A DNA stretch of 64,000 bases from Eledone cirrhosa (taxonomy: Eukaryota): contig OZ024743.1 of assembly GCA_964016885.1 (NCBI GenBank), forward strand, positions 168,640,001 through 168,704,000, read 5' to 3'. How positions within the stretch are numbered: position 1 is the first letter of the stretch; every line of letters begins with the position of its first letter. The position numbers and the translations under genes are program-made. The notes under the pieces are model-generated. The model did no database searches. It was given only the letters and a program-made list of their open reading frames with translations, and was not told where the DNA came from. Below are positions 13,401 to 25,851 of this stretch, in pieces.

Positions 13401-13790
13401 CCTGACCTGGTGGTTGTGGACAAAGAAAAAAGATCGTGTCTGATTGTGGATGTGGCCTGCCCGTTCGACACGAGAGTGCAAGAGAAGGAGAGGGAGAAAA
13501 TTAACCGATACCAGGACCTAAAGTGGGAGGTGAAAAGGATTTGGAACTGCCATGAAGTCAAAGTGATCCCGATTGTCATAGGCGCACTGGGGACTATCTC
13601 CAAAAGTTTCCAGGGATGGTTAAAGAAAATTGGCCCCTTCACGCTTTTTGGAACGCTTCAAAAGGCATGCTTGCTTGGAACAGCAAGAACCCTCCGATAC
13701 GTCCTGAATATCTGAGGCTGCAGGTAGTGGCTTGATATTCAATCCAACGGACTTTCCAGTTAACCAACATCAATGACTGAGATTCAAGCA
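10488..13790 (+). mobile_element. R4/Dong-like LINE family A copy 3 (slightly 5'-truncated)
   Basis: N-terminal ORF, RT, CRIC...H...C knuckle and RPDLVV...D...K RLE. Starts and ends in (AAT)n. Confidence 0.92.
10996..13715 (+). pseudogene. RT-RLE polyprotein, frameshifted near 11100 and 13385
   Basis: 815-aa ORF with SPGPDG, NYRPITCL, IDYRKAFD, DSLSPLLF, FMDD and YKYLG. RLE continues in ORF 13386-13715. Confidence 0.9.
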
Positions 13791-13809
13791 ATAACAACAA
13801 TAATAATAA

Positions 13810-14596
13810 TTATATCGGCACAAGATCAGTGTCTGCCAACAAAAAATTACCAAGCCAACATAATAAAAAATGGGTGCAGCCCATTATGCCGTGTATGCAA
13901 AAAACAACCAGAGACCATTGACCATATAATTTCAATGTGCAGTCCTATAGCTCCAACCGAATACCTAAACAGGCATGACAGAGCTGCACAATACATACGT
14001 TGGATAATGTGTAAGCATTTTGACCTGCCCCATCAAAAGAATTGGTGGGAGCATCAACCACCTCCCATACTTGAAAAAGATCACATCTCAATCTTGTGGA
14101 AGTTTAGCATCCAACCAGACCGAAAAATAGATGCAAATAGACCTGATATAATACTGAAGAACTTTCAAAAGAGGGTATGCCTGCTAATTGATATGTCCGT
14201 TCCAATAGACAAGAATGTATCTATAAAAACATTTGAAAAATTGAGCAAGTATAAGGACCTGGAGATAGAAATTGGAAAAATGTGGAAATTGAGAACTAAA
14301 ACAATACCAGTGGTTGTAGGCGCTCTTGGAATGATACCTAAGGGGTCTAATGATTACTTATCGCAAATCCCAGGAAACCCGCGTATAGGAGAAATACAAA
14401 AGATAGTACTAATGGGAACTGCCCATATATTAAGGAAGACTCTGTCAATATAAGTACATCACAAGTCTAAACACTAAAGATGCATGTGTGAATATGTATG
14501 TTCTTTCTTGAACATGGCGGACCTTGTTGTCTCTTGAGGTCACTGGTTGTGACTTGGTGATAACTCGTATGAACATAAAGCAAGATAAATGCAACT

Positions 14597-14598
<2 letters not shown>
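13810..14598 (+). mobile_element. R4/Dong-like LINE family B, 5'-truncated (knuckle + RLE + 3' UTR)
   Basis: CRVC...HIISMC, RHD, RPDII...D...K. Near-identical to 21270-22058 and ends in (TAA)n. Confidence 0.9.
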
Positions 14599-14635
<37 letters not shown>

Positions 14636-14876
14636 TTTTCTTTATTAACCACAAGGGTTTACATAAAGTAGACATTAAGGACAGTACAGGACAATACAGG
14701 ACGGTACAAATGGGCATTTCTGCGTGTAAAAAAAACAGAGGTTGAAATAAAATAACAAAGAAAAATTCCCCAATAGGGGGGAGACTTCCGAGAGACATTT
14801 GTGGAGAAAGCCCATTAAAAGACCAGTGACCCTGACCACCAGGGCAAGTGCCCTCTCCCAGTTTTCCACCCTTAAT

Positions 14877-17800
14877 TTACAGACACATACTCAGAGAAGG
14901 CCCATTCATTCGGGCCATACTTGCTTCTCTCATCCATCTTTCAACAAAATGCTGGGAAGAGAGCATTTCCGTCTCTACCCTGATTTTCCTTTTCAAATGA
15001 AATTTGAAAAAGTTAATCAGGGCATCACCGAAGAGGTAAGTGCTCGTCTTCAGCCCTTTCAAACGTGTCCACCATACTATCTCTTTCGCCATGGCCACCA
15101 GAGAGATAAAAACTGCCTGCCCTTCCCGGCTAGAGGAAGGGGGCGGGGCAATCCTTACGATGAACTCAGCTGATAGCTGGATCCGTCCTACACGTGACAG
15201 CAGGTGTTCGACATAAACCCACAAGTCAGCAATGCTCGGACACAGGACGAGTGCGGGCAGGACGGTTTCGTCGCCCTGCGCGCATCTCGGACATACCCGG
15301 CTGACGGCACCTCCATGCCTGTAGAGTTTATCCCGAACTGGCAAAGCTCCTCGGTAGCACTGCCAGGCCAGGGATTTCTGGAAGTTGTCCATAGGCCCCG
15401 GCCCGAAGAGATTGGATAGTTGATTTTCGTCGACGCCTAGAGTTTCTCCAAGTACGTCGTCGCTCTTCCCCTCCACTAACCCCCTATAGAACGCCAAGGT
15501 GGAGTTTCCACCGATCACATTGCCCGATTGGTCGAGGGCTGTGAGCGCCTGAAGACATTCCAGTCTCCAAGCGCTCCCTCTCGGTCTTCGCTTGACCCAG
15601 GACTGCAGCTCCGTCAAGGAGACGAGCTGGGGAAAAACGTGTCTAGCAAACGGCGACCACACCTGATCACCGTCGAGGAAGAGGTGGAGATGTCGTAGCC
15701 TGAGCGCGTGTCTGCGCATCATCAGCCACGGCATGCCCAGCCCTCCACGTAGCGGGTGTTGACAGCAGATGGACCGCCTAACCATCGGAGCGCGTCCCTT
15801 CCACAAGAAGCGAAAGAGCAAACGCTCCAGCGCAGTCAGGCGGGGCTTAGGACAAGGTACGACGGTCAGGCGGTAGTAGATGACGGATGCGATGTACGCA
15901 TTCGCCACCTCCTCTCGACCTTTCAGGGATAGCTTCCTCTCGGCCCATTTCTGGGTGAGAGAAGCCACCCTGCTCGTCACCTCGTCCCAGTTTTTGTCCA
16001 TCTGGAGGTCTGGACCGAACCAGACCTCTAGCAATTTAACCGGTCCGTCCGTCCAGCGCCCGACGACGCTGTTGGACGGCATGGACCTGCCTCTCCAGGT
16101 GCCGAGCTGCAGGCTCACTGACTTTTCCTGGTTGATCATTGCTCCTGTCACCGCTTCGTATTCTCTTAGTGTAGTGCCGATCGCCTCGATGTGTTTGGCG
16201 TTCGACACCACTACGGTGACATCGTCGGCATATGCTGACACGGATCTTCCGCATCCTAGTTCGCGCGGGAACCCCCACAACTTCTCCAGTTTGTGCAGTA
16301 ATGGCTCGAGAGTCAATACGTACAATAGGGACGAAAGGGGAAATCCTTGGCGGACCGAGCGCATGGTGTTGAACGGTTCCGAAAGGTGACCTTTCACTCT
16401 CACCACAGAGCAGATGTCGCTGTGCATGGCAGCGATCCAGCCTCTGAAGACGGGCCCAAAGCCAGCCGCCCTCAGGACTGCCGCTAGGTAACGATGGTCG
16501 ACCCTATCGAAGGCTTTCGACTGATCTAAATTGATCAAAGACCCACCCGTGCCAGGTTCCCTAGCTACCCTCTCTCCGATGTATCGCATGAGGTGGAGGT
16601 TGTCGTGGATGGATCTGTCGGGAATGGCGCATGTCTGTGCCTCTCCCACCAGACCACCAACGACAAGCGCCAACCTCTTTGCTAGCACCTCGGCCAAAAT
16701 CTTGAACTCTGTGTTTAGCAGAGTTATGGGCCTAAAAATGATGTATGTTATCCCCCTTGTTCGGTTCCTTTCTCAGCAGCGCCACCGCTCCTCGGCTCAC
16801 AGAGCTGGGAATTCTCCCGTTCTGTTGCCAGTTGCAGTAGACGTCCGCCAAGAGGCCTCCGAACAAGTCTGGCATTTGTACGTAAAGTTCATAGGGCAGA
16901 CCATCCAAACCAGGCGATTTACCCCTTGTGCAACTAGTCATTGCATCCCGTACTTCAGCGGTTGTTATCGGCTTTTCGCAACACTCCGCCTCAGTGGCCG
17001 AAAGCCGCGGCAGTTCGTCGAGGTAGACACTAAAGTCCATCCCTCGATCCGGCCCGCCACTGACCCCGAACAGTTGAGCGAAGTGTCGCTGAAAAGCTTC
17101 ACACATTTGCCCGGGATCGAGTAGCATGCGCCCGTCGTGGTCCACCAAAGACCGGATCGTGGCTTTGTTGCCACGACGCGCCTCCGCCACTCGGGCCCAT
17201 TGAACGGCTTTCGTCCCCTCGTGTCTGAGAGCACGCACCCTAGCTCTGACAACGCAGCCTTCGTGCTTTGCATTGAAGAATTGGTCAAGGGCCAATTTCG
17301 CCGCAAGTACGTCGGTCGCGATGCCTTTGCTAAGCGCCTCATCTAATTTTCTAACTAATTCTCCCTCTGCTCTATTTTTCTCTATTGCTAAAGTCTTACT
17401 AAACCTAATGGACTCTATTCTAATTGCTCTTTTCAGAGCAAACCACCACTTGTTGTTGACGATGGCCCCCGTCAACGCCCGCTTAACTAGTTCGCTAATC
17501 CGGTCTCTGTAGGCCTTGCGTGCTGGTAAGGACGCGTTTAGCTTCCAGTAGCCGGGTCCTCGTCTATGAAGCCTATCTAAGTCAAGCACACAGATCACGA
17601 ATTTGTGGTCCGTGTAGCTGACTATCTTGAATTGTGGACAGCCTATGCTAGACCTATCTATTTCCCTACAAAATACTCTATCTAGATATGATCTGGATGA
17701 CCCTATGCGATTTGTCCAAGTCCACATTGGTACATTCGGGAAATCCATTCGGTACCTGTCAGACAGTTCAAAACGTCTGAGCAGGTTGGTGAGACTCTTG

Positions 17801-18285
17801 CACCCTCCTTCCCTATCCACTAATCCCACACAATCCCAGCGTGCATCTAAGATCCCGTTCCAGTCGCCCACTAACACTAAAGAGCGGGACGTTCCAAGAA
17901 AGGTCTCCAGACGCCGGAAGAAATCAGGCCGCCCTGCTCCTGTCGGGGTATAGACGGCCACTAGCCTGAAAGCTTGCCCATCTCCGCTGGTCACGTCCAG
18001 CACCAGCAACTTACCTTCTGGGTCCAGGAAGATAGCCCGTATGGCAAGATCCAAACATCTCCGAAAAAGCACAGCAACTCCTCCCCCCGATCCCGGACGG
18101 CTGGGAGATGCGTACACATCGTAGCCGCTGAAGATCGGTGCGAAAGCCTGTGCTTCGGAGATTCTGGTCTCGCTGATGGCCACTACATCTATGTTTAGTG
18201 ACCTGAGGTCGTTGAGCAGGTGGCCCTGCTTCCATGACGACCCCAAGCTACGCGCATTTATGCTGCCTATTCTGAGTGAGGTCAT
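14877..18285 (-). pseudogene. Tx1 ORF2 (APE endonuclease + RT), one frameshift near 16735
   Basis: SINARS, SET, GDWN, YLDR and TDH (APE); KSPGLDG, DQSKAFDRV, RQG, YADD and GGLG (RT); CPRC near the C-terminus. Confidence 0.9.
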
Positions 18286-18319
18286 GTTGAAAAGGAGTGG
18301 AAAAGATGGGAAAGACCAC

Positions 18320-20289
18320 TTACCTTACTTCTCGTAGGGGAAGGACGGTTTTTCCATCCTTTTCACTGCTTGTGGCCTCCTCAGGAAGGATGTCCTTATA
18401 AATCGTCCTGGAGAGTGCTTGTCGGAAGTCTCCGATGTCTTTGGGGAATTTTTTTTTAGTGTCATGTACGTTTTCTGTGTGATGCGAGTGATTTGTATGT
18501 GTGGAGGTGGTGTGAATTTTGGGGTTGTTGTGTAGTCTTTTTCTGTGATGCTGGTGTTGTGTTGCTTGTTGTTCAAATTTAATGCTGTGTAGTGTGTATC
18601 GTTTTGGTTGTTTTGTTTTGTTTGCGTTTGTTGTGGGTTTGTTTCTGTTTCGCATTTTGGTAATTTTTGTGGTGTAGGTGATGGTGGTGTTGGGGTTAAT
18701 GATGGTGATGGTGTTGGTGTTTGGGTTGATGGGGTTGGTGATGCTGGTATGGATGGTGGCATATCTGTCCTAACTTTTTTGTTTCTTAATTTATTTGTTT
18801 CCCTCTGTATTTTGTTTTTGGAGGGGGAAGGAAGAGAATTTTTTCTTTTTTAGTTTCTTTCTTTTTTTCCGGATATCGTTTCCCACTCCTCCTCGTCACA
18901 ATCTGTCTCCAGTTGTGATAGGCCGGGGAGTGGAAAATCCTCCACAGGCGTTAGTTTTGGTTGTGGCGTGGTGGATGGTGTAGGCTCTGGTGCTAGTTCT
19001 GAAGCGTTGGGTGGTGGTGGTGCTTGTTTTGCTGGTGGTGGTGGTGGTGTTGGTTTTGCTACTGTTGCTGGGGTTGTTGCTGTTATAGTTGCTTCTGTTG
19101 TTGCTGCTACAGTTGTTGCTGCCATCTCTGCTACTGGTGGTGTTGATGGTTGTGTCACTGGGGTGGGTAGGAGAGGAGGCCTCAACCTTTTAGCCTGAGG
19201 GCAGAAAGCCCTTAGGTGGGTTCCTTCACCACAAACGACACACCTAGGTCTTCTGCCCTCGACAATTACCGTGAGGTGGCTGCCGTCAGTGAGGTCTATT
19301 ACCTCTGGTATCTCCTCAATGCTTTTTTGGTCCGCTTGGATCAGGAGCTCCATCCCAGATCCGGACCAGTTCTCCTGCTTTTCTTTTGCTATTGCTATTA
19401 TTTTTGTGTTGGCTTCGATGCCGGCTAGGACGGCCGCTATTAGCCAAGGAATTTCGATGGCCGGTGGAACGTTGGTCACCCTGATCTTTACGAGTCTCTG
19501 GCCACAATAGCTTGGGACGAGTGTGAAGTCGTCACTTCTTAATGCGGCCATGGAGTGTTCTCTAGCCTCCTCTGGTGTTTCAAAGAACACGTCCATGGTT
19601 CCATACTTCTGCCCACGTCTGATGTGGGTTTTTCTTGCCCACACATGTCCCAAAGCTTTTTGGATTTGGGACTCGGATGCCCGTTCCACTCGGCGCGATT
19701 TTACATTTATTGTTCTATACGACACGGTGCATAGGCGCCGATGCTCCATCTTATTAGGTGGGGGTGAGGCTGACCCTGTACCCATCTTTCTTTACCATTT
19801 GTTTGGCATTTTCTAAATCCTCCTGAGTTACCGTAAATGCTTCGAACTGTTTTGCTACTCTGGCGAAACTGAGGGTGGTTTTTATGATGTCATTGTTGTT
19901 GTTGCTATCGTTATTTGTGTTAATATTAATTTTAGTTTCAGTTGTGGTGGTAGTGACGTCAGTCGTCTTTGGTGGGGAAGAGTCCATTTTGCTTGATTTC
20001 ATTTCGACATCAGGAGTTAATTTATTTTTTTCTTCTTTTGTTTCTGTTGTCGCGGTGGTGGTGGGGTGGTGGTTGTCAGGGTGGTGGTGGTGGTGGAGGC
20101 TTTAACACCTGCAGTCATTGGTAATGGCGGGAAATGAATGTCTGCCTGAGACAAATTTAAAATATTGCTACTGCTTATATTTTTTGTAGTGTTGGCAAAC
20201 GTAGTAACATTTACAATGGTGGTGTCGGTGTGAGGTGTTAATTTATAAGAAAGGCTTTCAACTGCTTGGTGCAGAGGTGAATTAGCCAT
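18320..20289 (-). pseudogene. Tx1 ORF1 (gag-like), frameshifted
   Basis: ORFs 20017-20289, 19754-20002, 18850-19785 (VEGRRPRCVVCGEGTHLRAFCP) and 18320-18762. Confidence 0.8.
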
Positions 20290-20499
20290 TTTTTTTCAAA
20301 GAAATTTTTTGATAATCATAAAAGTTTAAAATTTTGGGCACAAGGCCCCAATCTTTTTGGGTGTCCTTTTCGGAAAACAATGTATGTGCGCTTATATATG
20401 GTTAACAATAAACATTTTCCATAAATGGCAATTTTTAACAAACGGAAATAACAAACCTTTGCGGAGCTCACGATGATACGATTTACTACGTAGGTCGCC

Positions 20500-20566
<67 letters not shown>

Positions 20567-20570
<4 letters not shown>

Positions 20571-22058
20571 CTTACAAATATCTAGGTGTTTGTGAAGGAG
20601 ACGGAATCAAGCACTCGACAATGAGGGAAAGGATAAAGAAGGAATGTTACCGCAGAGTAAGAGAAATCTTAAGAACGGAATTGAATGCAAGGAATAGGAT
20701 CGATGCCATAAACACGCTTGTCATACCAGTAGTAACCTACAGTTATAATGTCATCAACTGGTCAAGCACAGAGATCCGTAGGCTCGATACAAAAATTAAA
20801 AAATTCTTAACCATGCACATAATGCATCACCCTAAGGCAGATACAGATAGAATATATCTCCCTAGGAAAGAAGGAGGACGTGGGTTAATCCAGTTAGACA
20901 TTGCGTTGAAAACTGCAACAATTGGATTATCTACATATCTAAGGGAATCACATGATTGGATGATCAAACTCGTTTTGAAACACGAAAGCATCAAAAGATC
21001 ATACTCCATTACAAAAGATGCACAAAGATACAGTAATGGACTACAAATTTCAGAAGTCCCATTTACTGCTGAAATGGAAAACACAGAAAAAGCAAAGCAG
21101 GTAAAAGTAACTGCAAAGAAAGAACTGCTACAGAAACTGGCTAAGAAATGGCAAGAAAAGCCTCTGTATGGAAAATACCCAGAACGAGCTAACAATCCTG
21201 ATGTTGACAAAACTTTAACCCATCAGTGGTTGGCATCCTCTGGACTGAAATCGGAGACTGAAGGACTGATTATATCAGCACAAGATCAGTGTCTGCCAAC
21301 AAAAAATTACCAAGTGAACATAATAAAAAATGGATGCAGCCCATTATGCCGTGTATGTAAAAAACAACCAGAGACCATTCACCATATAATTTCAATGTGC
21401 AGTCCTATAGCTCCAACCGAATACCTAAACAGGCATGACAGAGCTGCACAATACATACATTGGATAATGTGTAAGCATTTTGACCTGCCCCATCAAAAGA
21501 ATTGGTGGGAGCATCAACCACCTCCCATACTTGAAAAAGATCACATCTCAATCTTGTGGAAGTTTAGCATCCAACCAGACCGAAAAATAGATGCAAATAG
21601 ACCTGATATAATACTGAAGAACTTTCAAAAGAGGGTATGCCTGCTAATTGATATGTCCGTTCCAATAGACAAGAATGTATCTATAAAAACATTTGAAAAA
21701 TTGAGCAAGTATAAGGACCTGGAGATAGAAATTGGAAAAATGTGGAAATTGAGAACTAAAACAATACCAGTGGCTGTAGGCGCTCTAGGAATGATACATA
21801 AGGGGTCTAATGATTACTTATCGCAAATCACAGGAAACCCGCGTATAGGAGAAATACAAAAGATAGTACTAATGGGAACTGCCCATATACTAAGGAAGAT
21901 TCTGTCAATATAAGTACATCACAAGTCAAAACACCTAAAGATTCATGTGTGAGTATGTATGTTCTTTCTTGAACATGGCGGACCTTGTTGTCTCTTGAGG
22001 TCACTGGTTGTGACTTGGTGATAACTCGTATGAACATAAAGCAAGATAAATGCAGCTG
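20567..22058 (+). mobile_element. R4/Dong-like LINE family B, 5'-truncated
   Basis: YKYLG to RLE, 430-aa ORF 20621-21913. (AAT)n on both sides. Confidence 0.9.
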
Positions 22059-22059
22059 T

Positions 22060-22760
22060 AATAATAATAATAATAATATATTATTTAATAGAATAACAAT
22101 AATACTAGTTTAAACACGAATAATAGTAATATGCCTTTAAATAGCAATATGAATAGTGTAACGTCTGTAAATAACACTGAGAAGAAATGTAATTGTAGAA
22201 AGAGGTCTGAATGCCCTTACAAAATAATTGCCTTGACAAAAATCTAGTATATAAATGTACCATTAAGGCAAATAATTGTTTCTACTTTAGGCACAATGCC
22301 AGCAATTACACATTGCATTACTGGTACTTTATTCTATCGACCCCGTAAGGATGAAAGGCAAAGTGAACCTCGGCGGGATTTGAACTCAGTTCGTAAAGGG
22401 GCGTAACTATGCTGGAAAGCATGGCCTCCGACCCTCCACCGATACTGCCAATCCACCGCCCTTATTTAAGGCAAATAATAATATATATAACTACATAGGT
22501 GCCACCTCATCTAAATTTAAGGAACGTTGGTATAATCATAGACATACTTTTAATATACCAGATAAGAAATTTTCAACTTCACTTTCACAATTAGTATGGT
22601 CTTTAAAGGACAATAATATTAAATATTCCATCTCAGAAATTTGCCATCTTTGCAATGAAGTGATTCTTCAGATAAACACAAACTATGAGAATTTAATCAA
22701 CAAAAAAATGAATTATTTAGTAGCTGTCATCATAAAATTGTTAAAACTTTCCCCCAAAAT
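22060..22760 (+). pseudogene. PLE Cys-rich linker + GIY-YIG endonuclease (continuation of 8200-10111)
   Basis: Hand translation gives KCNCRKRSECP..NCLDKNLVYKCT (22185-22262) and YNYIGATSSKFKERWYNHRHTF (22486-22551). Interrupted by a SINE. Confidence 0.85.
22275..22464 (-). mobile_element. tRNA-derived Deu/Nin-core SINE
   Basis: A box TGGCAGTATCGG, B box GTTCAAATCC and core. Flanking TTAAGGCAAA duplication. Confidence 0.9.
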
Positions 22761-23095
22761 AAGGACAATTAATAATATAAATATATATAAATTTTGCCTA
22801 ATTGAAGTAATAATTTATTGATATTTATATGTAATGGAATAATTTCATTAAGCGACTTTTTATCCTATGCTTTGATTAGGATAGTTCAATATTTAATTAG
22901 GCATCAATTAGGGTATATACAATAGATAATTTAAGGCTTTTAAAATATCGCTGGACGTAAGAGAGCAGATTCCCTATATGTTAAAAATGCTTGTACATTG
23001 CGAATGAGTTATCTTCCTTTTGTTTACATTGTCAGTAAAAATTTCTTTTTGACTAGCTATAAAAAACATAAAATATTAAATATGGATTAATAAAT

Positions 23096-23275
23096 AATTG
23101 TTTCTACTTTAGGCACAAAGCCAGCAATTACCCAGTACATTACTGGTACTTTATTTTATCGACCCCGTAAGGATGAAAGGTAAAGTTAACCTCGGCGGGA
23201 TTTGAACTCAGACTGTAAACGGACGTAACTCTGCTGGAAAACATGGTGTCTGACGCTCTGCGCTTCTGCCAATCT
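23096..23275 (-). mobile_element. tRNA-derived Deu/Nin-core SINE
   Basis: Same consensus as 22275-22464. Confidence 0.88.
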
Positions 23276-23551
23276 AATGATTAATAGTTTAATAATACAT
23301 AGACTATCATTAAAAAGAAACTATTTATATCAGAATAATTAAATACAGAAGTAAATATAACCATTCATTAAAGGAAATAAAATTATAGAGAGTAAATATA
23401 ACCACAGTTGGATTTTAAGAAATAAATGAAAATTAAATAATAACGAAGTTTTCATGAAGTGAATTTCTAAATTAATTTTGATAATAAATGAACAAAATAT
23501 ATTATATGTATTGATGGGGATATATGTATGGTATTATATTTTAATACATAT

Positions 23552-23741
23552 AAGGGCGGTGGATTGGCTGTATCGGTAGAGAGTCGGACGCCATGCTTTG
23601 TAGCATAGAGTTACGTCCCTTTATGATCTGTGTTCAAATCCCGCCGAGGTTAACTTTGCCTTTCATCCTTACGAGGTCGATAAAATAAAGTACCAGTAAT
23701 ACACTGAGATAATTGCTGGCTTTGTGCCAAAAGTAGAAACA
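23552..23741 (+). mobile_element. tRNA-derived Deu/Nin-core SINE with 19-bp TSD
   Basis: Full-length copy. ATTATATTTTAATACATAT on both sides. Confidence 0.9.
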
Positions 23742-24425
23742 ATTATATTTTAATACATATTTAATATTTATTTAATTGGGCTTTAAAAATTAATTCTTTT
23801 AATATTAATAGAATATCTTACCTTAAAATTAAAAGTTATAATAATCTAGATTGAGCTAAATTAAATTATATAAATTTGTAATTAACTTAAATATTTGATT
23901 GCTATAGAAAGTAATCTATACCTAATAATCTGGATATAATATAAAAGTATAATTTGCTAAAGCGTAATCCAATACAAGCGCTATTCATTGATATGTGTGA
24001 ATAGATTTTTGATTTCTTATTTTATCTAGCATTTGAATACAACAGTTTTTTATTCTCCCCTCAATTTCATATTTTCCTTTTCCTTTTCTTCGTTTTTCTT
24101 TATTCCCATTCGTTTTCTCTTTATTCTCCCCACATCCTCCCTTTCTTTTGTTTTTATTCCTCTTTTCTCTTATATCTTTTTCTTCTTCTTTTATTCATTT
24201 ATTCATTTATTTCTTTATTTATTCATTTATTTACTTGTTTATTTCTTGCCTTTTCCTCTTCTTTGCATCCCCCTTCTACATTTCTACCTTGCTCTACGTC
24301 TTTTTCTTCTTTAAGTTTATTTGTGGTATAAAAACATTGAGATTAGGTGAAATAAATCACTGCCAATACTGAATAATCAAAATGAATAATCAAAACCGTA
24401 GTGGTATGTCACATATCAAATATTA

Positions 24426-24488
24426 TATTTTGTCTGATGAAAACGTACTTATACATCATCGTACCTTTGAAATATGTATAATAAAATA
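24426..24488 (+). ncRNA. Minimal type-I hammerhead ribozyme in the right PLE terminus
   Basis: TATTTTGT-CTGATGA-AAACGTAC..GTACCTTT-GAAA-TATGTA-TA-ATAAAATA. Confidence 0.8.
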
Positions 24489-24699
24489 TATATTTTCATT
24501 ATGAGCATATTTTTCATTTATCAACATTTTGAATAATATATATATATATATATAATGTTTTTCGCTGTGACCATTCTTCTCTCCCCCTTCTACCTACCTA
24601 TTTCTCCACTTTCTACTCTCACCCCTCTTCATTCCCCTCCTCTTCTCCCTATCTACTCTTACCCCACTGTCTTCCTCTCCCTTTCTCCCTCTCACTTTC

Positions 24700-25070
24700 A
24701 CCCCCTCGTCTGACCGTTTAGCAGTTCTCTTCTCAATTATAACTGCGGCCATCAGACGTGTGTCTTGTTTCTCTCGATTACTCGGTCTCGAACTTAAGTT
24801 CTATTATCGGGTGGTATTGGATTTCCTATAGTTGCTCGCACATTGCAGGGTTTGTGTTTTTATCACTGCTTTGTTATTGTTTCTCTTTTCTTCCCCTTTA
24901 CTTTCCATCCCTCCTTCCTTCGTTTTCCCAATAACGTATCCAGTTGTTGACGCCCTGGGGTGAAGTGGTATCTTGTCTTTAAAGCGTAGAAATATCCTAG
25001 ACCCCAGACAACTGATTAGGACCCCCCCCCTGTTCTTGCTTTCTTCGCATTCCCACTGCATTTTAAGTTA
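24700..25070 (+). repeat. Unclassified dispersed repeat of about 370 bp
   Basis: A diverged inverted copy lies at 58708-59072 (shared TCG(T/C)CTGACC, TTGTCTTTAAAGC, AGACAACT, GTTCTTGCTTT and CATTTTAAG). Confidence 0.6.
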
Positions 25071-25174
25071 CCTTAAATAGCAACTACACAGCCATTTTTA
25101 TTACAGGGTCGATAACATAAAGTACCAGTAATGTACTGGGTATTTGCTGGCCTTGTTGCAAAAGTAGAAACAAT

Positions 25175-25764
<590 letters not shown>

Positions 25765-25851
25765 GGAGGTGAGTTTTATTGTAGTACAATAAAGCAATGC
25801 AGATATCGGATAAGAAGCACTCTACAGTTTGTAGGACTGGAGTATACATAA

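Larger units (their letters stand above)
14633..20500 (-). mobile_element. Near full-length Tx1-like (L1-clade) LINE inserted in (AAT)n
   Basis: 5' UTR, ORF1 with CCHC knuckle, ORF2 APE-RT-ZnF, and 3' AATAAAGAAAAC. (AAT)n flanks at 14598-14633 and 20500-20566. Confidence 0.9.
7843..24540 (+). mobile_element. Penelope-like element (C-terminal GIY-YIG, Neptune/Nematis-type) with inverted termini, interrupted by nested LINEs and SINEs
   Basis: RT at about 8200-10111 and GIY-YIG at about 22060-22760 on the same strand. About 135-bp inverted repeats at 7934-8068 and 24406-24540. Both outer ends abut (TA)n. Confidence 0.8.

Noticed and set aside
53-19816. ORFs antisense to LINE ORFs (e.g. 921-1268, 1776-2225, 15880-16389, 16531-17124)
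   Set aside because: Shadow frames of RT-coding sequence with no recognisable motifs.
8200-22760. Naiad/Chlamys-type (N-terminal endonuclease, selenoprotein) PLE
   Set aside because: GIY-YIG is C-terminal, hammerheads are present, and no in-frame TGA-for-Cys pattern was seen.
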